64,000 nucleotides of DNA from an uncultured Gemmatimonadales bacterium (GCA_963798845.1 CAWCUS010000001.1:736001-800000), one strand, 5' to 3'. Positions 51,542 to 61,699 are shown, counted from the first letter of the stretch. Program-made: numbers and translations. Notes: generated by a model from the sequence alone, not told the origin.

Positions 51542-53043
51542 CAGCACCGCCCTTCCAGCCACCCGCCGGTGAAGCCGGCACGGCACAGGCCGCGCACGAT
51601 GTAGGGGCTCTCGCGCATGAGGCTCCAGATCAGGCCGCTGCTGTGGTTCTCGAGCAGGAGCAGGATCGGCCCCTGATCGATCCCCAGGTACTGGTCGTCG
51701 AACCAACCCACCCCGGGGACGATCCGACCCGCGCCCACGAGCACCGACGCGTCCGTGAGCGTTGGGTTGAACGCGTCCCGGAAGCCGTACTCCCCGTAAA
51801 GGTGGCTCCCGTAGCGATGCGCCATGTCCCAGAGCGCGGGGATGGCCGCCTCCGGGGCGAACGGCACCGACCCCGCCGCCGCCGCCGGAGCCAGCGTACC
51901 GTCGTCCCGGACGGCCGTGGCGGCCGCGCCGCGCGCCCAGTAGCCATGGAACGTGCGGGTTCCACCGCCCACCGTGGCGGTCATCTCCCCAGGCCCGTCG
52001 CTCGCCGTCAGCCCCCAGCCGACGGCTCCATATCCGAGCCAGTCTCCCGGGTTGTCCGTCGCGTACCTTTGCTGCGCCAGGGCGGCGCGGCGAGAGTTCT
52101 CGAAGTAGTCGATCCCGTGCTCTTCCATGTAGGCGTCCCGGATGCCGCGGAAGTCGACCCAGACGTGGGAATACTGGTGTCCGAAGAGCGGTGCGAAGTT
52201 CACGTGGAGCTGACCGTAGTAGGACGCCCACTGGTACCCGCGCGTCCAGGCCGCCCACGCCGCGGGGTCGACCGGGTGGGTCGGTGAGCCGAGGGCCAGG
52301 ATGTACAGGATCATGGCCTCGTTGTAGCCGACCCAGTCGTACTGGCTGAACCCGGCTTCCGGAGACCATGCCAGTGCGACGAGGGGCGGGCGCGGAGAGG
52401 CCCAGTCCCATTCCACGCGCCGGTAGAGCGAGTCGGCGAGGGATCGGATCTCCACCTCATCGCCTGCATCCGCATCGAAGTACTGCTGCGCGGCCAGCAC
52501 GCCGGCCATGAGCAGCGCAGTATCGATGGTGGAGAGCTCGGTGGTGCCGTAGCGCTCCCCCATCCCCATGTCCAGGAAGTGATAGAAGAAGCCGTGATGG
52601 GAGGTCACTCCCGACGTTCCCGGACCCTCGGGCGCCGCCGCCAGGAAGCGGAGCGTGGCCAGCGCGCGCGCAGCCGCGGTGGCCCGGTCCACCCAGCCCC
52701 GCTCCACGCCGACGGGGTACGCCGTCAGCGCGAAGCCCACGGCAGCGATGCTGGCGAACGGCGGCTCCGGCCAGCGGTCGGGGGCGAGGCCGGTGGCGGC
52801 GTCGGTCGTCTGCCAGAAGTAGTCGAACGTGCGCGCCTCGATCTCGTCCAGGAACGCGGCCGTGTCGACCGCAGTGGTGTCCACGGGCGGCCCGGTCCCG
52901 CCTGCGTCGGTCCTCGAGCACGCGGCGACGCTCGAGGATGCCAGGACCGCCAGCAGCGCCAGCGTGCCCCGCCCAGGCCGGCGGGGCCGCAAGAACCGAA
53001 CGCCGCCCCCGGACGGCCCGGGGACGACGTTCTGTCGCTTCAC
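51541..53043 (-). CDS. GH144-like endo-beta-1,2-glucanase (glucoamylase/DUF3131 family), lipoprotein
   Basis: RTFDYFW, GLAPDRWP, SIAAVGFAL, GFFYHF, ELSTIDTALL, GYNEAM, PLFGHQYSH, GIDQGPI. Confidence 0.85.
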   Translation of the reverse strand: MKRQNVVPGPSGGGVRFLRPRRPGRGTLALLAVLASSSVAACSRTDAGGTGPPVDTTAVDTAAFLDEIEARTFDYFWQTTDAATGLAPDRWPEPPFASIAAVGFALTAYPVGVERGWVDRATAAARALATLRFLAAAPEGPGTSGVTSHHGFFYHFLDMGMGERYGTTELSTIDTALLMAGVLAAQQYFDADAGDEVEIRSLADSLYRRVEWDWASPRPPLVALAWSPEAGFSQYDWVGYNEAMILYILALGSPTHPVDPAAWAAWTRGYQWASYYGQLHVNFAPLFGHQYSHVWVDFRGIRDAYMEEHGIDYFENSRRAALAQQRYATDNPGDWLGYGAVGWGLTASDGPGEMTATVGGGTRTFHGYWARGAAATAVRDDGTLAPAAAAGSVPFAPEAAIPALWDMAHRYGSHLYGEYGFRDAFNPTLTDASVLVGAGRIVPGVGWFDDQYLGIDQGPILLLLENHSSGLIWSLMRESPYIVRGLCRAGFTGGWLEGRC

Positions 53044-53068
53044 GATCCGGCTGCGGCATCCCGCCGCA

Positions 53069-54980
53069 TCAGTAGCCGGGATTCTGCGTCAGTCCCGCGA
53101 TGGTCACCTCACCCGCCGGGATCGGGAACAGGGTGTTCCGATCGGCGAACGAGAATGGGCGTGCACCCGGCCGGGAGAGCCCGGTCCGCGCAGGTGAGGG
53201 ACTCCATCACCTGCGCCGCCCGCCCCTGACGGACGATGTCGAAGAAACGGTGCTGCTCCATGGCCAGCTCGGACCGGCGCTCGTGCCAGATCGCGTCCAG
53301 AAGGCCCTGACCCGCGGCGTTCACGTCCGGCAGCAGCGCCACCACGGGCACCTCCACGGACATGGGCGTCGCGCTCGGCGACCCCCCGGTCGGATCCATC
53401 ACGCGCATGAAGTTCACCGTCGCGGTGCCGCCCGCCGACAGGCTCTCCACCGCGTTCACGTACGACGCCATGTCCGTGATCGGCATCCCTTCCACCGACG
53501 TGATCACGTCCATGGTGTCCACCTGCACCGGGATCGGCGACAGGGCGCCGTTGTTCGTCGAGGCGAAGCTGCGCAGCCCGGCCGCGTACGCCTGCGTGGT
53601 CGGGTTCACGAACCGGACGAAGACCCTGCTGTCGGTGGACAGGCCCAGCTCCGATGCGATGTCGTTCGCCAGCGTCTCAGGCTGGAAGCCCAGCGTCACC
53701 GTGCGGCTCCCCCTCGCCCGCTGGCGCACCATGTTCAGCCACATCTGCGCCTGACCGTCGTTGCCCGTGCGCTGCGCCGCTTCCGCCCCGATCAGCAGCA
53801 CGTCCGCGTACCGGATCAGGCGGATGTTCACCCCGCTGTTCCCGTTGCCGCCCGGGTTGCTCACCGACTGCGCCACCTTCTGATTGTACCGGTTGTTCAG
53901 CATGTTCGGGTTCTTGTAGACCACCAGCCCGCTGCCGTCCGGGAGAAGCTCCCACGGGTACATGATGGTGGCCTCGAGACGCGGGTCCCCCGGCTCGTAC
54001 GACGACTCCAGACCCGGCGCCGGCGTATTGAAGCCCCACCCGAGGTTCGGCGTCCCGCGCACGCCCTGCACCTCCGCGTACTGCGAAGCGCCGCCGGACG
54101 GGCCGTTGTTGCCGCCCTCCAGCGCGATGGTCTGCACGGAAAACACCGACTCCGACGAGTTCTCGCCCGCTGGCGAGAAGATCCCGGCATAGCTCGGGTA
54201 GAGCGAATACTCGCCGGAGCTGATCACCGCCTGCGCCTGCGTGAGCGCTTCCTGGTACTTCCCTTCGTACAGGTACACCTTCGCCAGCAGCGCCTGCGCC
54301 GCCCCCTTCGTGGCCCGGCCCATGTCCGCGGCGCTGTAGGCGGAACGAACCGGCAGCGCGTCAATGGCGTCCAGCAGGTCCTGCTCGATCTGCGCGTACA
54401 CCGCTTCCGCCGTGGCCCGGTCCTGGTAGTACTCTCCCGGCTTGAGCGGCGCCGTGATCAGCGGCACGCCGCCGAACGAGCGCACGAGGAAGAAGTAGTA
54501 ATAGGCGCGCAGGAACTCGTTCTCGGCGACGAGACGCGCGCGCAGCGTCGCGTCCATGTCGATGTTCGGTATGTTCTGGATCGCCACGTTCGCCCGGTAG
54601 ATCCCCTGGTAGTAGCCCTGCCAGGTGTCGTTGAACGCGCCGTTTCCGGGGTCGAACACGATGGCGTCCAGCTCGCCCAGGAACCCGGCGTCGGACGGCG
54701 TGCTCCCCTTCGTCGCGTCGTCCGAGGTGATGTCGGTCATCCCGAGATAGGCGAAGACATGCACCTGCCAGTTCCGCAGCATGGCGTAGGTGGCGTTCGT
54801 AGCCTCCTTCGCCTGGTCCGCCGTGGTGAAGAAGTTCTCCGTGGTCAGCTGCCCCTTCGGCTCGGTCGTGAGGAAGTCGCTGCAGCCGACGAGGCCGAGG
54901 ACGACGACGAGGGGCAGCGCCCGCCGCATCAGCATCCTCCTCGACCCGCGGGTCCCGCCAATTCGATCGTTCATGGTCAT
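53069..54980 (-). CDS. susD: SusD/RagB lipoprotein with an inserted PDZ-like domain; 1-nt frameshift near 53155
   Basis: Lipobox LVGC; FLRAYYYFFLVRSFGGVP, GRATKGAAQALLAKVYL, IRYADVLL, ERRSELAME; the canonical end LFPIP...LTQNPGY* lies in the adjacent frame (stop 53069-53071). Confidence 0.88.
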
Positions 54981-54999
54981 CACCTTGCGCGGTTCGAGT

Positions 55000-57900
55000 T
55001 CAGAACGTCAGGTCGAGGCCGACCGTCAGGATCCGCGAGGGCGGGTACACGCCGCCGAACGTGTCGATCCCGCTGGCGATCACGCTCCCGTTGGCATTCG
55101 TGACCTCGGGCGTGTAGCCGCTGTAGTCCGTCCACGCGAACAGGTTGGTGGCGCTCACGTAGATTCGCGCCATGTCCACGCCCATCCGCTGCGACATCTC
55201 CTGCGGCACGCGGTAGCCCAGTCTGGCGCTGTGCACCTTCAGGAAGGACCCGTTCTCGATCCAGCGGTCCGATGACTGGTAGTTGTGCCCGGCGTTCGTG
55301 ATGCGCGGCTCCGTGTTGCTCGTCCCCTGCCCGGTCCAGCGGTCGAGGAAGCTCGTCTCGAAGTTGTCGACGCCGAAGCGCACGGACTTCTTCGCGTTGT
55401 AGACCTCGTTCCCCGCCTGCCCGCTCAGCCCGAACCCGAAGTCGAAGGAGCCCAGCTTGATGTTCGCGTCGAAGCCGTAGATCACGTCGGGGATCGGAGA
55501 GCCGATGTACGTCATGTCCTCCGTGTTGATCACGCCGTCCCCGTTCAGGTCCGCGTACTTCAGGTCCCCGGGGTGCTCCACGCCGCGGTTCGGAGAGCTG
55601 TTGATCTCCTCCTGAGTCTGGAACACGCCCGCCACCTTGTAGCCCCAGAACGAGCCGATCGGGTGACCCACCTCGGTCTTCGTCGTGTACGGGATCTCGT
55701 TGATCAGAGCCCCGCCGAAGATCTCCTCCCGTCCCTGGCCCAGCGCCAGGACCTCGTTCTTCACCGTGGACCCGTTCCCCGACAGCTCCAGCGTCACTCC
55801 GCCCACGTGGCCAAACCACGTCAGCGTCCCCTCCACGCCGGAGTTCCGAACCTTCGCCGCGTTCACCGTCGGCTCGGTGTTCACTCCCACGTACTTCGGG
55901 ATCGGCACCTGCACCAGGATCCCGTCCGTGGTCCGGTTGTAGTAGTCCACAGTCCCTTCGATCCGGCCGCGGAAGAGCGCGGCGTCCACGCCCACGTTCG
56001 TCTGCGTCGTCGTCTCCCACTTCACCTGCGGGTTTGCCAGCGCCACGGGCGCGGCCCCGATCACGAGCTGATCGCCCAGCACGTAGTTCAGGTTGCCCGT
56101 CACCTGCGCCACGGCCGGGTAGGCTCCGATCTTGTCATTGCCGATCTGCCCCCAGCTGGCCCGGAGCTTCAGGGCGGAAATGGCGTCCATTCCCTTGAGG
56201 AAGTCCTCCTGCGCCAGGTCCCAGCCCAACGCGAGCGACGGGAACCAGCCGTAGCGGTTGTCCGGGCCGAACCGCGACGAGCCGTCCACGCGCAGCGATC
56301 CGGTGAACAGGTACCGGTCCATGAGCGTGTAGTTCGCCCGGAACAGGTACGACAGCATCTTCCAGTCGTACGCGGAATTGAAGTTCGTCTGCCCGGCCTG
56401 CGAGCCGGCGTTCAGGTACCACAGGCTCTGGTCCGAGCCGGCGATGTCCACGCGGGCGCCGCCCACGTCCTCGTAGGAGTACGACTGCGCCGTGATCCCG
56501 CCCAGCAGCGTCAGCCGGTGCACGTCCGAGAGATAGTTCCAGGTGAGCGTGTTCTCCCACAGCCAGTCGTCCGTGTTGTTGAAGCGGACGTTCAGGTCGG
56601 ACTGCGTGTTCTGCTGCGTCGGGGAGACCACGTAGACCGGCACGAACGTGCGCTCGTCGTAGCGGTCGTAGTCCAGCCCGAAGCTCGTGCGGAACGTGAA
56701 GTTGTCCAGGAAATGCGCCTCCCCGTACACGTTCCCCACCAGACGCTGTGAGCCAGCCTGGTTGTTCGTGTAGAAGACCGTCGCCGCCGGGTTCCCCGCC
56801 GAGGACAGCGTCATCGGGTTGAACTCCCCGTCCGCCCCCCGCGGCGCGACCGTCGGCGCCGCCTGGTAGACCTGCGACAGCACGTTCGGCGCGATCTGGT
56901 TGTGTGTGTTCGAGAAGTTGAGGTTGTGCCCGATCGTGATCGCGTCCGACAGTCGGTAGTCGTTGTTCAGCCGCAGCGTCACCCGGTCGAACGTCGAGTG
57001 TGGCACCACGCCCGCCTGCTTGATGTAGTTGCCGCTGAAGTAGTACGTGATCCGGTCGGATCCCCCCGACGCGGTGAGCTGGTAGTTCTGGATCGGCGCC
57101 GAACGGAAGATCTGGTCCTGCCAGTTCGTGCTGGGCCCGCTGTACCCGTTCGGGAACGGCAGCGGGTTCCCCTCGTTCGCCGCCAGCTCGTTCGCCAGCT
57201 GCGCGTACTGCTCCGCGTTCGCAAGGTCGATCCGGTGCAGCACGCTCTGCGTGCCCGCGTACGCGTTCACACGGTACGTCGTGCCGCGCGATTCACTCCC
57301 CTTCTTGGTCGTGATCAGCACCACGCCGTTCGCGCCCCGCGACCCGTAGATCGCCGTGGCCGACGCGTCCTTCAGCACCTCCACCGACGCCACGTCCTCG
57401 GGCGTCAGGAAGTCGATGTCATCCACGAACATCCCGTCCACCACGTACAGCGGCGAAGCGTCGTTGAGGGTGCCGATCCCCCGGATCCGCACCACCGCCC
57501 CGGCCCCCGGCTCCCCCGACGTGGGCGTCACCTGCACCCCCGCCACCTTCCCCTGCAGCGACGCCACCACGCTCGGCGTGGCCACCTCCGTCACCTCGCT
57601 CCCCTCCACCGTGGAAACCGAGCCGGTGACGTCCCGCTTCTGCTGCGAGCCGTACCCCGTAACCACGATCTGGTCGAGGGCGACCGCCGACACCTCCAGC
57701 GCCACGCTCACCTCCGCCTGCCCGTTGATCGGCACCTCCCGCTCCGCGTATCCGATCAGCGAGAACACCAGCGTATCGCTCGCGCTCGGCACCCGGAGCG
57801 TGTACTGCCCCTGCCCGTTCGTCAGCACGCCGATCGGTGTTCCTTTCACGATCACGTTGGCGCCCGGCAGCGGCTGCCCGTTCTCCGCCGAGGTCACGGT

Positions 57901-58047
57901 CCCCACGATCCGCGCCTGCTGCGCCCCTGCGGGCTGAGTCGCCAGCAGCAGCGCCAGCAACGTCGGCCCGAGCCCCGCCCACCATCGGCCTCGCGCCCCG
58001 CGCGACGGCCGCGCCATGCCTGGCGCCCTCCGGACTTCCATGGTCAT
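55000..58047 (-). CDS. susC: SusC/RagA TonB-dependent outer-membrane transporter
   Basis: CarboxypepD-like N-domain, VVTGYG, PLYVVDG, VLKDASATAIYGSRGANGVVLITTKKG, DGSSRFG, KWETT; C-terminal Phe. Confidence 0.95.
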   Translation of the reverse strand: MTMEVRRAPGMARPSRGARGRWWAGLGPTLLALLLATQPAGAQQARIVGTVTSAENGQPLPGANVIVKGTPIGVLTNGQGQYTLRVPSASDTLVFSLIGYAEREVPINGQAEVSVALEVSAVALDQIVVTGYGSQQKRDVTGSVSTVEGSEVTEVATPSVVASLQGKVAGVQVTPTSGEPGAGAVVRIRGIGTLNDASPLYVVDGMFVDDIDFLTPEDVASVEVLKDASATAIYGSRGANGVVLITTKKGSESRGTTYRVNAYAGTQSVLHRIDLANAEQYAQLANELAANEGNPLPFPNGYSGPSTNWQDQIFRSAPIQNYQLTASGGSDRITYYFSGNYIKQAGVVPHSTFDRVTLRLNNDYRLSDAITIGHNLNFSNTHNQIAPNVLSQVYQAAPTVAPRGADGEFNPMTLSSAGNPAATVFYTNNQAGSQRLVGNVYGEAHFLDNFTFRTSFGLDYDRYDERTFVPVYVVSPTQQNTQSDLNVRFNNTDDWLWENTLTWNYLSDVHRLTLLGGITAQSYSYEDVGGARVDIAGSDQSLWYLNAGSQAGQTNFNSAYDWKMLSYLFRANYTLMDRYLFTGSLRVDGSSRFGPDNRYGWFPSLALGWDLAQEDFLKGMDAISALKLRASWGQIGNDKIGAYPAVAQVTGNLNYVLGDQLVIGAAPVALANPQVKWETTTQTNVGVDAALFRGRIEGTVDYYNRTTDGILVQVPIPKYVGVNTEPTVNAAKVRNSGVEGTLTWFGHVGGVTLELSGNGSTVKNEVLALGQGREEIFGGALINEIPYTTKTEVGHPIGSFWGYKVAGVFQTQEEINSSPNRGVEHPGDLKYADLNGDGVINTEDMTYIGSPIPDVIYGFDANIKLGSFDFGFGLSGQAGNEVYNAKKSVRFGVDNFETSFLDRWTGQGTSNTEPRITNAGHNYQSSDRWIENGSFLKVHSARLGYRVPQEMSQRMGVDMARIYVSATNLFAWTDYSGYTPEVTNANGSVIASGIDTFGGVYPPSRILTVGLDLTF

Positions 58048-58126
58048 TGCGTCCATCTCCTGCTCTGGATGGTGTGAAATGGCCCCACCCCGCCCGATCA
58101 CCCCTGCCGCTGCGGGCGCCAACCCG

Positions 58127-59128
58127 TCACCTCGCTCCGCACGAGCGGCGGATCACCAGCGTCGTCTCCACCACCTCGTGACGCGGCTTCCGCAACCCCC
58201 CTCCCTCCAGCGCCGACAGCAGCAGCGCCACGGCTCGCTCCCCTACTCCCGTCAGGTCCACGTGCACCGTCGACAGCGGCGGCGTCACGTATCTCGCCGT
58301 CGGTATGTCGTCGAATCCCGCCACCGCTATGTCACCTGGCACACGGAATCCCGCCTCCTGCAACGCGCTCAGCGCGCCCACTGCCATCGAGTCGTTCGCC
58401 GCGAACAGCGCCGTCGGCGCCCGCTCCAGCGCCACCAGCCGCCGCGCCGCCTCGTATCCGCCGGACTTCGTGAAGTCCGACACCACCTGCCACTCCCCCC
58501 GACCCTCCAGCCCCGCATCCGCCAGCCCCTGCCGGTATCCGGCCTGCCGCTCCGCCGCATCGTGGTTCGACGGGTCCCCACCGATCAGGGCGATCCGCTC
58601 GTGCCCCAGCAACGCCAGGTGCCGGACCATCCCCTTCGCCCCCCCGAAGTTGTCCACGTTCAGCGTCGCGAACCGCCCATCCACAGGCGCCGAACTCACC
58701 AGCACCGCCGCCAGCGACACCGGAACCACCCGCTCCAGCTCCGCCGGCCCCATCTCCGGAGACATCAGGATCAGACCGTCCACCCGACCCCGCATCGCAC
58801 CCAGCGCCGCCGACACATCCGCTCGCGCCGCGTGCGACCCCGACAGTATCAGGTGGTAGCCCGCGGCCCGCGTCGCAGTGTCGATCCCCCGGATCACTTC
58901 CGAGAAAAACTCCCCGTACAGGTCCGGCAGGATCACCCCCACGTTCGTCGTCCGCCGCGTGCTCAGACTCCGAGCCGCCCCGTGGGGCGTATACCGCAGC
59001 GTCGAAGCCGCCTGCTCCACCCGCACCCGCGCAGACTCGCTCACCGGCCCGCTCCCGTTCAGAACGCGCGACACGGTCGCTACGGATACACCGGCCTCCC
59101 GCGCGACATCCCGAATGGTGGCGGTCAC
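58127..59128 (-). CDS. LacI-family transcriptional regulator
   Basis: TIRDVAREAGVSVATVSRVLN, FAANDSMA, VPGDIAVAGFDD, PPLSTV. Confidence 0.95.
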   Translation of the reverse strand: MTATIRDVAREAGVSVATVSRVLNGSGPVSESARVRVEQAASTLRYTPHGAARSLSTRRTTNVGVILPDLYGEFFSEVIRGIDTATRAAGYHLILSGSHAARADVSAALGAMRGRVDGLILMSPEMGPAELERVVPVSLAAVLVSSAPVDGRFATLNVDNFGGAKGMVRHLALLGHERIALIGGDPSNHDAAERQAGYRQGLADAGLEGRGEWQVVSDFTKSGGYEAARRLVALERAPTALFAANDSMAVGALSALQEAGFRVPGDIAVAGFDDIPTARYVTPPLSTVHVDLTGVGERAVALLLSALEGGGLRKPRHEVVETTLVIRRSCGAR

Positions 59129-59152
59129 GGCAACGGCGGGGCTCGAGGTTCA

Positions 59153-59201
59153 TGTAAACGTTTTCAGAAAACGGTTACAGCACGGCCGCTCACCCTGTCA
59201 A
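59153..59201 (-). promoter_or_regulatory. Tandem LacI-type operators with an upstream TTGACA -35 box
   Basis: TGTAAACGTTTTCA (59153-59166) and AGAAAACGGTTACA (59166-59179); TTGACA on the minus strand at 59196-59201; -10 box unclear. Confidence 0.7.
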
Positions 59202-59343
59202 GAGCCACGTTCCCGGGCCCCTCCGACGCGGCCCCGCCGCTCCGCCACCGCCTCTCGACCGCCGACCGGGACGTGCAGCCCGCCACCCGCCGCCGGCCGG
59301 CCACCGTGGCGGCGGCCACGCCACGGCCCTACCCTGCATTCTC

Positions 59344-61170
59344 ATGCGCACCCGAATCCTCCCGAACCTCGTGCTCGTCGCGGCCTCCGCGGCCTGGTCG
59401 CCGGTGGTCGCGCAGTCGGCCGCCCCGCGGACGTACGCCAACCCGGTGGACCTGGACTACCGCTACAGCCTTCCGCGCGAAGGGGAAGGGAGGTCGTTCC
59501 GGTCCGGGGCGGATCCGGTGATCGTGCGTCAGGGCGAGGACTACTACCTGTTCGTGACGCGCTCGGGCGGGTGGTGGCACTCGAAGGACCTGGCGGACTG
59601 GCAGTTCGTGGAGCCGAGCCTGTGGCCGGAGGACGGCATCGTCGCGCCGGCGGCGCTGTCGGTGCGGGACACGCTGTACCTGATGGCGTCGGCGACGTCG
59701 CCGCACCCGATCTACTTTTCGACGTCGCCGTCGTCGGGGGCACTCGAGATCTACAATCCGGCGCTGGCCTCGCCGCCCGGGATGCTGACGGTGACGGAGG
59801 AGCAGGCGGAGCCGGGCCCGACGCCCGGGGCGATCCCCCCCGGCCCGTGGGACCCCGACATCTTCCATGACCCGGACACCGACCGCTGGTACCTGTACTG
59901 GGGGTCGTCGAACTACTACCCGGTGTACGGCGTGTCGCTGGACAAGTCGCGGCGCCTGGCGACAGGGGACAGCGTTCGCGCGTTGTTCGCGCTGGACCCG
60001 GATCGGCACGGGTGGGAGCGGTTCGGGGAGAACCACACCGACCCGCGGGCGCCGTTCGTGGAGGGGTCGTGGATGACGAAGCACGGCGGCCGCTACTACC
60101 TCCAGTACGCGGCCCCCGGGACGGAGTACAACGTGTACGCGAACGGAACGTACGTGGGCGATGCGCCGCTTGGGCCGTTCGAGTACGCGCCGTACAACCC
60201 GGTCGCGTACAAGCCGGGCGGCTGGCTGACGGGGGCGGGGCACGGCAACACGTTCCAGGACGCCCACGGCAACTGGTGGAACACGGGGACGGGGTGGATC
60301 GGGATCAACTGGCACTTCGAGCGGCGCGTGGTGATGCACCCGGCCGGGTTCGACGAGGACGGGCAGATGTACGTGGACACCCGCTTCGGCGACTTTCCCC
60401 ACTGGATCCCGGATCGCCTTTGGAGCGACAGCTCCACGTTCACCGGGTGGATGCTCCTCTCCTACCGCAAGCCGGCGCGGGCGACGTCGGCGCTCGACAC
60501 CTTTCCGGCCTCGAACCTGACCGACGAGGACCCCCGCACGTTCTGGGTTGCCGAGCAAAACGCGGCGGGGGAGGGCGTGATGCTGGACCTGGAGCACGCG
60601 CGCATGGTGCGGGCCGTGCAGGTCGACTTCGTCGATTACCGGTCGGACATCTTCGCGGGCGACTCCACGTCCGCGGCCAGGTTCCGGATCCTCGCCTCGA
60701 TGGACCGCGTGCAGTGGACGACCATCGCCGACCTGAGCCACGAGACGCGCGACCGGGCCAACCCGTACATCGAGCTGCGGGAGCCGATGCGCGCCCGCTG
60801 GATCCGCTATGAGCACATCCGCTCGCCGACCGCGTACCTCGCCATCAGCGACATCCGCGTCTTCGGCAACGGAGACGGGCCCCCGCCACCGGCGCCCGCG
60901 CACGTCGACGCCCGCCGGGACGCCGACCCGCGCAACGCGTTCGTCACATGGGACGAGGTTCCCGGAGCCGTGGGCTACAACGTGCTCTGGGGGATCGCGC
61001 CCGACCGGCTGCACGAGACGTATCAGCGGTTCGCCGACCAGCCGCAGCCGCTGGAGATCCGGGCGCTGACCGTCGGTCAGGACTACTGGTTCGCCGTGGA
61101 GGCGTTCGACGAGAACGGCGTTTCGACCACGACCGGGCCGGTGCACGTGCCGGCTGCGGCCGGCCGGTAG
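59344..61170 (+). CDS. GH43 glycoside hydrolase with F5/8 (CBM32-like) and FN3 domains, exported
   Basis: Signal peptide; YANPVDLDY, GADPVI, WDPDIF, FVEGSWM, GAGHG; discoidin-like and FN3-like C-terminal domains. Confidence 0.88.
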   Translation: MRTRILPNLVLVAASAAWSPVVAQSAAPRTYANPVDLDYRYSLPREGEGRSFRSGADPVIVRQGEDYYLFVTRSGGWWHSKDLADWQFVEPSLWPEDGIVAPAALSVRDTLYLMASATSPHPIYFSTSPSSGALEIYNPALASPPGMLTVTEEQAEPGPTPGAIPPGPWDPDIFHDPDTDRWYLYWGSSNYYPVYGVSLDKSRRLATGDSVRALFALDPDRHGWERFGENHTDPRAPFVEGSWMTKHGGRYYLQYAAPGTEYNVYANGTYVGDAPLGPFEYAPYNPVAYKPGGWLTGAGHGNTFQDAHGNWWNTGTGWIGINWHFERRVVMHPAGFDEDGQMYVDTRFGDFPHWIPDRLWSDSSTFTGWMLLSYRKPARATSALDTFPASNLTDEDPRTFWVAEQNAAGEGVMLDLEHARMVRAVQVDFVDYRSDIFAGDSTSAARFRILASMDRVQWTTIADLSHETRDRANPYIELREPMRARWIRYEHIRSPTAYLAISDIRVFGNGDGPPPPAPAHVDARRDADPRNAFVTWDEVPGAVGYNVLWGIAPDRLHETYQRFADQPQPLEIRALTVGQDYWFAVEAFDENGVSTTTGPVHVPAAAGR

Positions 61171-61234
61171 CGGGCCGCAGCGGCCCTCTCGGGGGCGAGC
61201 GTCGCGGTGCCCGCGCGCGTCGCGGTGCCCGCGC

Positions 61235-61699
61235 TCAGGTGCCGCCGGCGTGGCCGCGCTTGGTCGTGATCAGCACCACTCCCGCCGCGCCGCGCACGCC
61301 GTACGGGGCCGTCTCGCTGATGTCCTTGAGGACGCGGATGGTGGCGATGTCGCCGGGATTGAGCCAGTCGAGCCCGCGTCCCGGCGCGGTGTGGATCGGA
61401 AGGCCGTCCACGACGTACAGGGGGTCGCGGTCACCGGCCTGGGTGCCCGGAGGCCACACGCGCACGGCGATGCCGCCGCCCGGCAGCTGGATCACCCGCA
61501 CCCCGGGGAAGTGCCCCTCCATGAGCTGTTCGACGCGCACGGCGGAGCTGCTGCGCGTCTCCATGGTGTCCACGACGACTCCCCGGGAGGCCACCTCCTC
61601 CGCGTTGCCATCCCCGCGGGTGGCCCGGTTGTGACACGCAGTCACGAGCAGGACCGCGCCGATCGCCGTCGCAGCCGAAACCGAGACGCTTCGATCCAT
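61235..61699 (-). CDS. Stand-alone TonB-receptor plug-domain lipoprotein
   Basis: GGAGG ribosome-binding site, lipobox VTAC; PLYVVDG, IRVLKD...YGVRGAAGVVLITTKR, then stop; no barrel. Confidence 0.85.
   Translation of the reverse strand: MDRSVSVSAATAIGAVLLVTACHNRATRGDGNAEEVASRGVVVDTMETRSSSAVRVEQLMEGHFPGVRVIQLPGGGIAVRVWPPGTQAGDRDPLYVVDGLPIHTAPGRGLDWLNPGDIATIRVLKDISETAPYGVRGAAGVVLITTKRGHAGGT

Noticed and set aside
42636..52411. Apparent fusions or N-terminal extensions in the ORF track (GH1 796 aa, GH94 1454 aa, permeases, SBP; likewise TolC, SYLF, sulfatase)
   Set aside because: The extensions are off-frame read-through of upstream genes; the true starts overlap the preceding stop codons.
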